Positions 12,592 to 24,400 of a stretch of 64,000 bases of DNA are shown here, in pieces (the stretch's first letter is position 1; each line of letters starts with the position of its first letter). Under the pieces are notes generated by a model. That model was not told the origin of the DNA, made no database searches, and worked only from the letters and a program-made list of their open reading frames with translations. Location: the NCBI GenBank assembly GCA_001724265.1, contig MEDY01000005.1:62001-126000 (forward strand), read 5' to 3'. The DNA comes from Rhizaria sp. SCN 62-66 (lineage: Eukaryota). A program made the position numbers and the translations under genes.

Positions 12592-15500
12592 TCAGCGCGA
12601 GCCGTAGCCCTGCTTGGGCGCGGGGGGCGGCGCGGGCTTCTTCTTAGGCGCGTTCTGGCTCTCGAGCAGCATCTGCTGGTACACCGTTAGGTGCAGCTGC
12701 ATCGGCTTGGCCTTGACCAGGTGCGGCGGCATGGCGCTGGGCGCGACGCCGCCGCTGGCCGCGGTGGCCGCCACGGCCCAGGCCTGTCCCTGGCGCACGG
12801 CGAGCCCGGCCATGGCCTGCAGCTGCGAGATGTCGACGCGCACGCGCGCGCTCTTGGGGGTCACGCGTTCTAGGTTGAGCGCGACCGTGGTGACGCGCGG
12901 GTGCGTCGTCACCAGCCGAGGGGCCAATACCTCGGCCGCCGCGGACAGGTACGCGCGGGCCTCGTTGTAGCGAGCGAGGCGGTCCAGGCATGCGGCGATA
13001 TTGTTGAGGCTCACGGCGACGTCTGCGTACTCGGCGCTGTTCTCTGGCACGCACAGAAAGCGCACCTGCAGCGCCGCGTGGAAGCAGCTCAGCGCAAGCA
13101 CGAGCTCGCCGAGGTGCGTGCACGCCAGCCCGATGTTGTTGAGGACCATGGCAGCGACGGGGGACGCGCCCGAGAGCGGATCCACGGGCCGCAGCGCGGG
13201 CCGCGAGAGCGGCGACTGGCCGCCCAGCCACGCGATGTAGTCGCTGATGCTGCTCAGCTTGGACCGCGCCAGCGCCGCCGCGGCCAGCGCGCTGCGGCCC
13301 GTGTTGTGCGTCACGGCGGCCGCGGCGGCCGCGGCCGCGCTCGTGCCCGCGCTGACGTTGGCCGCGTTGTTCGGGACGCTTAGTGACAGACCGCCCATCG
13401 AGGCGCCCAGAAAGCCGGCAGCGCCGCCGCCGTTGCCGCCGCCGTTGACTGTGTTCGCGGTGATGGGGGGCAGGTGCACGAGGTCAGCGGCCGCGCCCGG
13501 GCGCAGCGCCAGCAGCCGCGCCTGCGCCTCGGCCGCGGCCGCCGCAGCCGCCGCCGCGGCCTCGTTGTTAGCGGCGAGCCGGAGCCCCGCGACCTTATTG
13601 CGCTGGCCGAGTCCGGCGCCCGCACCGGTGCCGATCGAGGCCGCGCGGTGGGCCTCCAGCCCCAGCTGCATGGAGTAGGCGTCCGAGCTGCCGTTGGTGC
13701 TGTACATCGCAGCCGCGTTGGCCCCGCCTGCGCCCGCTGCAGAGCCGGGACCGAAAAACCCGGCCGCGGCGACGGCGGCCGCGGCGTCGTCGCTGTTGGT
13801 GTTGGTGTTGTAGGTCGTGTGCGGCGCCGCGGCAGCGGCCTGCGCGGCGGCGGCGGCGGAGGCGGCAGCGACTGCGGCGGCGGCGGCGGCCTTCTGCGCC
13901 AGCGTGTGCGCCTGCGCGGTCAGGTGCGGCATCGAGTCGCGCTGCATGGCCGCCGACGCCGCCAGGGCGGGGTTGCGAGGGTCCGAGGGGCAGTCCTCGT
14001 CATCATCGGTCACGTCTACGTCGTCATAATAGTCGTAGCACGGGCTGGCGGCCGCCGCGGAGCCGCCGGACGAGGCCTCGCCGCTCGCGTTCGCGCTCGC
14101 GCTCGCACTGCTGCTGGCGCGGGTGTCGTCAGAGTTGTTGATGTAGGCGATGTCTTCGATGTCCACGATGAGGCCCTGCGCGGCGGCGCCGGCGGAGACG
14201 GCAAAGCGCTGCGGCCGCTGCTGTTGCTGCTTGCCGCCATTGCCGCTGCTGCCGCTGTTCAGGGTGGTGACGCCCCCGAGTGCGCCTAGCGTAGCCGCCG
14301 CGGCCGCAGCAGCTGCGGCCGCGACTGTGCTGCTGTTGCCGCTGCCGCTGCGGCGGCTGGCCGACGAAGATGAGTTCGAGTTCGTTATGATAGGCGTGTT
14401 GTAGTAGCGGCCGGACGGCACGGGCGCGGTCGGCGCAGCGCCTGTCGGTGGGAGATCAACGCAACGAAGAAAGGAATGATGAAACACAAAGTGTGAGATA
14501 GGGATTACATGATATGTGCAAAATAGAACATAGTCTACGAGAAATAAACTAGCGGTTGAATTGTACACATAAATTCAAGAATTGCGTTGCAAGGAGTCGA
14601 CCATGTGCATATATCGCATGTTTTGTAATTTGCTCCTCATGTTAATCCATCTTAGACCATAGACATACCTGGGTAGGCCGAGACGTCGACGGTGGCGAAT
14701 GAGTCCGCGGCCATGGGGCTCAGCGCGCCCGCTGCGCCGATGCTGGCGCCGCCCGCGGCGCTCACGGCGGGGGGGAAGGCGTGGTTAAGCACCGGCGACG
14801 TCACAGACGCCAGCAGCGCAGCATCTCTGCCGCCAGTGTCGCCGTACGCGCCCGCGCTGTGGCCGCCGTAGGGCGTGTTAGCGGCGCTGGCGGCGGTGGC
14901 CGTCGCGAAGGCGGCCATGAGGCTGTGCGCGTACACCTCCGCGGGCTGGCGGACCCCGCGCAACCCGGGGTTCTGCACGGTGAACGCGGCGTAGCGGTCA
15001 CCGACGCAGCGCGCGCGCCAGTGATAGACCAGCGCCGACGCGTAGTCGCCGCGCGAGTGGTAAACCGCGCCCACGGACGAGTACAGGTACACGTAAAACT
15101 CCGTCTCGGCCTCAACCGTGGTCGCGGCGACAGTCGCAGCGAGTGCGACGGCCTGCCGCTCCGACGCGAGCTCCAGGTCGCTGATCTCATGTCCGCTGCC
15201 GTGGGGCGTCGCGGCCGCGCTGCCGGCGCTGCGCGGGGAGGGCGCGGCGCTGTGGCGCGCGCTGCCGTGTCGCGTCGAGTGCAGGTTGGCGCGGCTGCCG
15301 TTGCCGTTGCCATCGCCACCGCTGCCGTTGCCGTCGCCGCTGCCGTCGGCGTTGTTGTTTGCGGCGTCGTCATCATCGTCGTCGGCGTTCATGAGAAAGG
15401 CGAGGTGGCCCATAACGCGCGCCTCCTCCTCCTTCTTCTTGCGCTTGACCTCGGCGGCCTCGAAGTCAAGCCGCGCCTGCTCGCGGCGCGCCGCCTCCTC

Positions 15501-16147
15501 GCGCTGGCGGCGCTGCTCCGCCTCCTGGTCCAGCCGCACGCGGCGCGCGGCCTTGGCACGCACCGCGATGGGGTCCAGCCCCGCGCGGAGAATGGCCCAC
15601 GCGCCCTTGTCCTCCCACACCAGGCGCGCCGAGTTGAGCTTCGACAGCGCGGCCTCGTACTGGCCAGACGAGTGGCAGAGACGGGCCTCGTCTAGCAACA
15701 GGTACACGTCCGCGGGGGCCTGGGGCTCGGCGGGGGGCAGCATCAGGACCTCCTGGAGCAGGGACGTGGGACCAGAGGCGAAAGCGAAAGCGGCATCGCG
15801 GGACTGTGGAGAAGGAGCAAGAGAGCAAGAGAGAAACGTCGGGAGCGTGCGCAAAGAATGGAAAGTGTGGTGTGAGTTGGGTCAAAAGGCGTATAGGGAT
15901 ATAATGAACGATTTCCATGACAAAGCATCAGTAGCACACGTTAAAGGTCTTATTTCGAACACTAACAAAGTGTGGATATCCAGTGAGTCAATGATGTTGG
16001 GGAAACGCTGCGCTTTATGATGTGTCAAGGAGAGGGACGTACTTGGGTGTCAGGGAGCTCGTCGCTCTTGGGAAAGACGGGAAGACCGCGGAGGTTAAAC
16101 AACACGGTACCGGGGTCCGTCTCCCACCCAGAGGACTCGTCAAACAT
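12592..16147 (-). CDS. TPR-repeat protein with long low-complexity linkers
   Basis: Exons 16147-16043, 15803-14669 and 14441-12592 join in frame. TPR-like helices: VLNNIGLAC..GE...AL..FHAAL, VAVSLNNIAACL..L.RY.EA, YSSVGAVYHSRGDY..AL. The start codon is tentative. Confidence 0.75.
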
Positions 16148-16806
16148 GGGGGGTGCGAGAGAGAAATACGCACAGGAACACGCTGGAGAGTCGAATGGAG
16201 CAGCTGCGGGGGAGAGGTTTGGTAGAAAACGGTCTGGGGTGGTGCCGGGGCAAATATACAAGGAAAATCGGCGATTCGAGTATGATAATTAAGAAATCAA
16301 ATAAAGCACAATAGATTAGCTCTGATAATTCAGTGTCATATACACATAACGGTGACTATGGGCTTGTAGAGCGGTTTTTGATTACGACCGTTTCCGTTTT
16401 GCAACGGATGGCTGCCGTCGGTCGCCGTGTGTCACTGTCACCGAAGAGACAGCCGCCCCACAGAGATTCCTTGGGCAAGGCATTATATGCTATAATTACG
16501 TCAAAATGAAATCATATTTGAAGACTAGTGCATCGACGTGTTTTTCCATACTATATCTCTATTATTTGTCTTAATATTGCGGTACTCATCGTCTATGCTC
16601 GCGGACATGCTCACTTCGCCACGGTGACTTGCGCTTCTCCTTAGCTCTCTTGCGCCACTCGCCAACGCAACACATCGACCACCGGTAACACTCTTGCACC
16701 GCCGCCGGGCATGCTTGCTTGCTCACGCACCCTAACCTATCACACCAATCGCACCCGTGCCTATATAGCCAGCTTATCCCGGACTGCCGTCTCAAGCGCC
16801 CGCCTG

Positions 16807-19266
16807 ATGTCATCGATCGCCCCCTCTCACGGCAGCGTCGGCAGCGCTGCAGCGGCTGCGTCTGCGCCCAGCGTGCACCGCGCTATATTTTCCGACCTAG
16901 ACGGCACCATCCTGCCCGCGCGCTCGGTGCTGCCCCCCTTAGCGAATCTGAGGGCCCTGTCGAAGTTAGGCCGCGGCGGCGTCACGCGCGTGCTCGTTAC
17001 GGGGCGCGACGCCAACTCGGCCAGGGGCATCCTGTTGGCCTGGGGGCAGCACGCCATCGACACCGACGACTTTGCTGCGGCTGCGACGCCGCAGGCTCCC
17101 GGCGCGGCGACTGAAAGCGCTGGGGCCGCGGCGGGTAACAATGATCCGCGTGCTGCGAACAAGAGCGGTTGCCACGACCCGCAGGCGGCGTTGGAGGCCG
17201 CCGCAGCGCTGCCGCACTCTGAAGACGCCGTTGCCGCGAAGGAGCGCCTCGCGCTGGCCCGCGCGCCCATCGACTATCTCATATTTTCCTCCGGTGGCGG
17301 CACGCTGAGGGTCGCTGACTGGAGCCTTACGGACGCGCGCACGCTCGGTACGTTAGCGCTCATGTTCATATCGTGTTTGGTGAACTGTATTGATTTCGAC
17401 TGTATATAATTGTTTCTCACGAAAGAATGGTTTGTTTTCGCTACGATATTGCTGCTTCGACCTCACACATGTCTTGACTATTTAATCAATGCTCAATCTC
17501 GCTTGTTTCTTCATTGTGTTTACGCATTTGTTCTGACATCTCTTGCTGATACTCCAGACCCCGCGACGTCGGCGCTCGCGGCGCAGTTCCTGGCAACTAG
17601 CGGGCTGGACTTCTTCATCCATCACCCCGTGCCGAACAACCACCACTACCACTACCACAACACGGCCTACAACAGCAACAGCAGCAGCTCGCCAGTCGAC
17701 GGCGACTCTCATGCAGAGCAAGCTAACTCATTGGAGCAGCAACAGCAACACCAGCAATGTGGCTTACTGCAGCCGTGTCCTATGTTCGCTGGCCCCGAGC
17801 GCAATCCGGACTTCACTCGCCGTCTGACCCGCATCAAGCCGCACGGGAGGCCCTTAGACAAGGACTTCTACTTACACTTGCAGCTGCAGCAACAACAGCA
17901 GCTGCAGCAGCAGCAGCAGCAGCAGTTGCAAATGCAGCAGTTGCAAATGCAGCAGTCTGAGAGTAGCAAGAAGCAGTCTCCCAGGGTCTCCGTCGACTCA
18001 AAGCAACATCCCAGTTTGCTCAGTAGCCACAAACACGCTCTGTTCAATGCCCCCAGTCACGCGCACGGCAATCATCACGCCCATACTTCTAGCCACAGCA
18101 AGCACTCTGCAAACACAGTACGCAGCATGACTACCGACAGCGCGCAGTCCCAATCCCCTCCCTCACAGTCGTCTTCGCCGTTACAGCCACTGCCGCTGTC
18201 GCAGTCCCAGGTCCAGGCCCAGTCTCCGTCGCTGTCTGTGCTGCGTCCCTCGCTGCTGCCGTCGCCGCTGAGAGAGGCCGGCGCCGGCCAACTTATTGCC
18301 ATCGTCCCCAACAGCAGCAGCAGCAACTCTAACGCGGGAAACACCGCGAGTGTGAGTGTCAGTGCGAGTCCGGGTGAGAGTTCAAGTGAGAGTGCACCAC
18401 TGAGTCCGCTGCTGCAGCAGCAGCTGTCCCCGCTATCTGCCGCACTGGCGGAGGCGACATGCCCGCAGTCGCTGGCCAAGGTCTTCGAGACCAAGCTCGG
18501 CGAGTACCTCAGCTCTCACTACAGCAACAGCAGCAGCAACTGCAACAGTGCCACAGAGTCTCCTACTTTTGTCTCTGGCTCTGATGCAGGCTCTGGCTCT
18601 GGTCCGGCCGCAGCCGTCCCCTCAGCCTTCGCCTCAACCCCCGTCGCCGCTGCCCCCGCTTCAGCCCCCGCCTCTGCTGCCCCCTGTGATGCCCCCTCCG
18701 AGGCCCCGTGTCCGTTCTCGCTGGTGTTGGCCACGTCCCCGCTGGACCACTCGTCGCTGTGGCTGGAAATCATGCCGCCCGGCGTCGACAAGGGGCTCGC
18801 CGTGCGGGCATTCGTGCGCCGAACCGCTGGCATCGAGCTCAACAGCAACAGCAACAGAAATGCGGGCAACAACAATAGCAACCTCACAGAGAAGCTTGAT
18901 GATCACAGCGCTGTGATGAGTGACGCGGCTGCTGGCCCTGTGTTGTACGAGTTCGCGGCCATGGGTAACGACTTCAACGACGTGCCACTGCTCACGCTCG
19001 GCCAGGACTACGGCAAGGCCTTCATCGTGGCAGACTCGTCGCCCATGCTCATGCAGCATCTCAAAGTCAAGCCGCCGCCGCCACAGTCTGGCGCTGCGGC
19101 GAGCGCTGCTGCTACGAGCACGGAGGCCAAGTCTGATGATGCCGAAGTCAAGCCGATCGACAGCGAAACTAAGCCGCCGGTGACTGTGGTGAGTGCGTGT
19201 GCCGAGGCCGGCTTTGCTGAAGCATGTGCGCTTGCATTCCCCGATATCTTCACGAACAAAGCATAA
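16807..19266 (+). CDS. HAD-superfamily hydrolase, Cof-like (subclass IIB), with large insertions
   Basis: Exons 16807-17347 and 17558-19266. Motif I IFSDLDGT, motif II VLVTGR, YLIFSSG, motif III LEIMPPGVDKG, motif IV AMGNDFND. Confidence 0.85.
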
Positions 19267-19685
19267 CAAAACAAACTAACTTGTCTGAAGTGATACCTAG
19301 TCTTTAACAGATTCATCAACTTTCCTTCAATAAACTAGAATGTGATTTTTGATTTGTCTTAAATAACGCGCTTGTTGTATTTATGTTCTTGATTCATTTT
19401 GCTTCAAATGTGTCGTGTTTCTCGTCTTGTTTGATCTGTTTCGCTTCTTTTCTTGCTTGCTTGTTTGCAGGTGTTTACTTGTCTATAAATATCGTTCTTG
19501 TTTTGACAATTACAGAAAACAAACTCACAAGAAAAAGAAACAACAAAACTCATCTCCACACAACCTTGCTCCTCGCATCGCATCACTTCAGTCACACTCA
19601 CACACTCCCAGTTGCCACCATGTCGCCACCGAGTCGCCGAGTAAGTCTAGTAGCGCGCGCATGCTTGTGTTGCTCGATCGCCCGC

Positions 19686-20381
19686 TTACTGCTGCTGACC
19701 CTCGGCGCCCTCCTCGTACTGGCCCTCCTCCTGCTCGGCGGCGGGATCAGACACGCCGACCGTGAGACCGAAGCGCTCCTCGAACGACTGCAGGTCGGCC
19801 TCGAGCGCGTTCATGTCGGCGCGGATCGGAACGCCGATGACCGACTTCATGGCGAAGATGTTGTAACCCAGGAAGGGCGCGGACGAGGTGTCGGTGATGA
19901 GGTCGCGCACGGTAACCTTGTGCTTGAGCAGGATCGACGCGAAGGTGGACACGATGGCCGGCTGGTCGGGGCCTTCGACGTCGACGGCGAGCATCTTGCT
20001 GGGCTCGGCGGCCGAGGACGAGGGCGTGGCCGAGGTGAGGCGCGCCTCGACGGTGAAGTCGGGCAGGCTGGCGCGCACGGCGGCCGCCAGCGCGTCGGGG
20101 TTGGTGCTCATGGGCAGCGAGATGAGCGAGCAGACAGAGAAGTCGCCGCCCAGGTTCGTCATGCGCGACTCCTCCAGGTTGCCGCTGTGCTTGGTGATCT
20201 CGTTGGTGATGAGCGAGAGCACGTCCTTGTCGTCGGGGCCCGACGCCAGGAGCACGACGGAGTGCATCAGGGGGGTGCTCTTGCGCGCACGCGCAGGAGC
20301 CTGCTCGGCGGTCGTCGCAAAGGAGCGGCCCGCCACGCGGGGCACGCGCGCCAGGGAGGAAATGATACGACGGGAAAGCAT
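19686..20381 (-). CDS. GcvR-like tandem ACT-domain protein with a predicted mitochondrial transit peptide
   Basis: Intronless. The N-terminus MLSRRIISSLARVPRVAGRSFAT is Arg/Ser-rich and acid-free. ACT1: ASGPDDKDVL..SGNLEESRMTNLGGDFS. ACT2: VEGPDQPAIVS..V.DL.TD.SSAPF.G..IF.M. Both match the bacterial GcvR pattern. Confidence 0.8.
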   Translation of the reverse strand: MLSRRIISSLARVPRVAGRSFATTAEQAPARARKSTPLMHSVVLLASGPDDKDVLSLITNEITKHSGNLEESRMTNLGGDFSVCSLISLPMSTNPDALAAAVRASLPDFTVEARLTSATPSSSAAEPSKMLAVDVEGPDQPAIVSTFASILLKHKVTVRDLITDTSSAPFLGYNIFAMKSVIGVPIRADMNALEADLQSFEERFGLTVGVSDPAAEQEEGQYEEGAEGQQQ

Positions 20382-20680
20382 CGGGGGGTTGGTCTGGAAG
20401 TGGATGAGAGTGGAATGCAGGGCAGAGAAGCGATGGGTGGGTGGGTGTGAGTGCAAGGCGGGGTTAGGGAAATGGGGGCGGTAAAGCGGGAGGGTGTGGG
20501 TGTTCAGAGAAATGAAAAATATATATTTAAATTTAAGCCAGCTTTGTTAGTGGTTTGAGAAAGGAAAACGATGGCTGTCGATGGGAGTCGCTCTAGCTGA
20601 CTTTGCCGTGACGCCAACACATCGAGCCATCTTCTCGAGACTTTCAGCTCCGAACTGACCGGGTTCTCAAAAATTCGATA

Positions 20681-20751
20681 TGGCCGTTGGGCTGCTGCTT
20701 ATCAACAGCAATCGACAGCCTGGCTCTATGTCTAAACAATCGTCATTTGAA
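20681..20751. promoter_or_regulatory. MSA-like Myb site and CHR-like element in the GcvR/coiled-coil divergent promoter
   Basis: The reverse complement of 20681-20691 is CCCAACGGCCA, fitting YCYAACGGYYA; TTTGAA lies at 20746-20751. Confidence 0.35.
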
Positions 20752-20965
20752 CTGTAACTCGGATATGTTATTTAACATTGAGGTTTCAATTGGTTACTGC
20801 ATTTATATTTGAATCAGTGCACTGTGCAGTGCGTTAACCCTGCTCCCGTTTCGTACTCACACACTCGCCTCACGCCTTGCTTATTTTCATCTTCTAGCAC
20901 TCCACAGACAGGCCCAGTGCGCTGCAACCACTGTTATAAACGCATCTACGATTGCGTCACACCAC

Positions 20966-21409
20966 ATGTCACAGTTCCCGCACACTTACAGTGCTTCGGG
21001 GCTCAACGCTGCGGGCACAGCCTTCGGCCCGCTCTCACCTGAGCCACAGCAGCAACAGCAGCGACTGACATCTGCGACGCAAGCCACGCAGGCGAGTCAA
21101 GCCAGCCCCTCTGCGACGCACACTGCGACGACAGCCGTTGGATCGGCGACCCTTGCCGAGCTGCGCGCGCGCTATGCGCCTAAGCCCGTCACCACAGCCT
21201 ACGCTTCACCCCTATCATCATCATCAACGTCTGTATCATCGTCGTCTTTGCTACATTCGTCGTCGTTGCTGCAGTCGTCAGTGCTGCAGTCACAGAGACC
21301 TGAACATGGGCAGGCGTCGCTGTTGTTGTCACCGCAGCTGCTGCTGTCGCCGTCACCACCTCGCGCTGGCGCGCAGCCCGACGCGAACACCGTCGCTCAC
21401 ACAGTCACG

Positions 21410-21465
<56 letters not shown>

Positions 21466-24400
21466 CGCACACACTGCTGCGTTCACGACAGTGACAATGA
21501 CAGCTAGCAGCAGTAGCAGTGCCAGTAGTAGCGACTTGTACAGCAAGCGGCTTAACTTTGGCGAATCTGCTGATATGACTGACAGCGACTCTACCAGAAC
21601 TGCTTCGGTCAAAGCTCATGTTAGCAACGCTGCTGCAGGGGTTGGTACCAGTGCTGCGGCGGCTGCTGCCAGTAACGGCGCCCCGTACACGCCAGTGAAC
21701 CAAATCAAGCAGGGCCACTTCCTTCCTGCTCACGGTCACTCTGCTGCTGCTGTCCACGGTCACAGTCAGTTTGTTGCCCTGGCTCCCGGGCGCTACAACG
21801 CGATGCTGTCACCCTCCCCCGGCGCAAGTTTCAACAGCACGGCCAGCAACAGCGACAACACCCGTGATAACAGCTGCAACATCGACAGCATGGCTGGCAG
21901 CAAGGCGAACACGAACGCGCTCCCGAGCCCGCAAAACGCAGACGCAAACGTGGATGCGAACAATGACATCAACACGAGCAATAACAGCGTGGGCGTGAGC
22001 ACAAATAACAAGAGTCCGAGTCCGAGCTCTACTGCTAACTTCTCCTCGAGTCCGGTCAGTCCCACGACTGTGACCGCGGCTGACGCGCCCGCGCCTGCGA
22101 CCGCGACTCCCGTGCCTGTGTCTGTGCCTGTGTCTGTCCCTGCCTCAACTGCGACGCCCGCGCAACCCGTGGCGGCCACTGCGAGCCCCAACGCGGACAA
22201 GAGCGTCGCGGTTATTGTGCGGGCGCTCGAGGCTGAGCTGGCGGCCAAGGACGCAGAGCTCGAACGCTGCTACGCCGAGGCTGAGGCATGCGCCGCGACG
22301 CTGGCGCAGAAGGACGCCGACATCGCTGAGCTGACCGAAGCCGCCGCCGAGAGGGACGCAGAGCTGGAGCGGCTTGAGGCCGCGGTCGCCGACCGGGAGG
22401 GTGACGCCGAGGTGCTGCGGCAGCGGCTGTGGGAGCGCGACTGCGACCTACGGGACGCCGAGGCCGAGATGAACGCCAAGGACCGACAGCTGGCTGAGAA
22501 GGACCGTGCGCTGGATAGGCTTGCGGCGACTGCGACGGCAACGACGACGACAACAACACCAAACGTGGGGGTGTCGGAGGAAGTGACTGATGAGAGTGTT
22601 AACGAAGATATCTCTCGTCTCAAGGCCGAGTTGGTTGCCGCGACTGCGGCCATCAGTAGCTTGCAAGAACAACTCACCGCTCTTAGTCATAACACCCACA
22701 GTATCAGCAATACCGCTCCTGCTGTTGTTGCTTACACCGGTAACGATAGCAAGATCTCTGCGCTCCTTGAGCAGAAGGACCGAGCCCTCGCCGACAACGA
22801 GCGCAAGCTGGCCGAGACTGACCGCAAGCTCACCGAGAGCGAGCGCAAGCTGGCCGACACGGCGCGCGAGCTCGCCGAGTGCAAGACCACGGCCGGCGCG
22901 GCCGCCGCTGCAGAGCGCGAGCTTCGCGTGGCGCGCAGTGAGCTGGCGGACGCCGTGGCGATGCTGGAGGAGCGCGAGGCTGAGCTGGAGCACCGGGACG
23001 GCGAGCTGGAGACGCTGGGCGGGAAGCTGGCCAAGGCCGAGGAGCGGCTGTGGGAGCGCGACTGCGACCTGCGGGGGAACGCGGCGGAGCTGGCTGCGGC
23101 GGAGAAGGCCGTGGCGGCGCTGCAGGCGAGGCTGGCGCAAGTGCAAGCGGAGAACGCCGAGCTGCAGGCTAAGGTTGAGAAAACCGCAGAGTCAGAGCCG
23201 CAGCCCCAACCTCAACCTCAATTGCAGTCTAAGCCTGAGTCTGATAATGAATACGACTCTGAGTTCTTCGAGTCTGGCGCCGAACAGCCTTCGAACCAGA
23301 TCTCACAAGAGCATGAAAAGTCGCAGCAGCAGGTGCAGCAGCTGCAGGCACAGTTGCAGCAGTGTGAGAATGCGAACCTTCAGCTGTCACAGTGTCTGGA
23401 GCAGAAGGACGAGGAGCTACAACAGCTGAGGAGGGACTGTGGGCAACTCAGGGGCGACTGTGAGCAGGCGAAGAGCGACTGTGGGCAGCGCGTGCTTCTT
23501 TACGAGCGGCAGCTGAGTGACTGTGAGCAGAAGCTGAACGACTATGAACAGCACAAGCACGTCTTGGAACAACAACTGGCGCATTTGCAACACGAGCAGC
23601 AGCAGCAACAAGAGCGGCAGAGTGTTAATGTGGTTTCTGCGGCCACGCACAGTCGCCGCAGCAAGATCTGGGACGACGGCGACAGCGATGATGAAGCCGA
23701 TGATGACAAGAAGAAGGGCAAGGACGAGGAGACGATTGCCGCCTCCAAGCCTGTGTCCAGTCCCAGTCAAATTGAGACTGATGTTGCGGACAACGCTGCT
23801 GCCAAGTACCTGGCAACTGCGTTTGCGGCCAACGACAGTCACGTTGATGGCGCGAACGCTCACGCTGGAGGTGCAGCTGTTGCCAACTCAGCGGCAACGC
23901 CTCTCCACGCGCTGCAGACGCGACTTAACTTCTCGTCTCTGTCGCTGCACTCGCCGACGCTCGTCACACAGTCACCTCCGCAACAGCAGCAGGGACACCA
24001 ACAGCAACAACCTGCCAACTTTGTGTCGCCGTTGCGCTCTCCTTCACTTCTCAGTACGAGCCCTGCATACAATAGCTCTAACGTTCGGAGCAGTCACAAT
24101 GAAAGCGGCAGCGACAATACCAGTAGAGACCCCAGTCCCCGCTCACACGCTCGCGACATTGATGTTGATGCCGACACGGTCGACGCCGCCGCCGTGAGCG
24201 TCGCTCGCGCCCTTGCCGCCGCCACGGCGCGCAACGCCCGCCTCGCTCTGCTGCTCACCACGGCGGACAGCGACCGTGAGCAGCTGCGCGCGACGCTGGC
24301 GTACACGCAGCATGACTGCGAGGCGCGGATTGACTTTCTGCGCAAGGACTGCGAGACGCGGCTTGATTTCGCGAAGCAGGACTGCGAGCGTCGCCTCACT

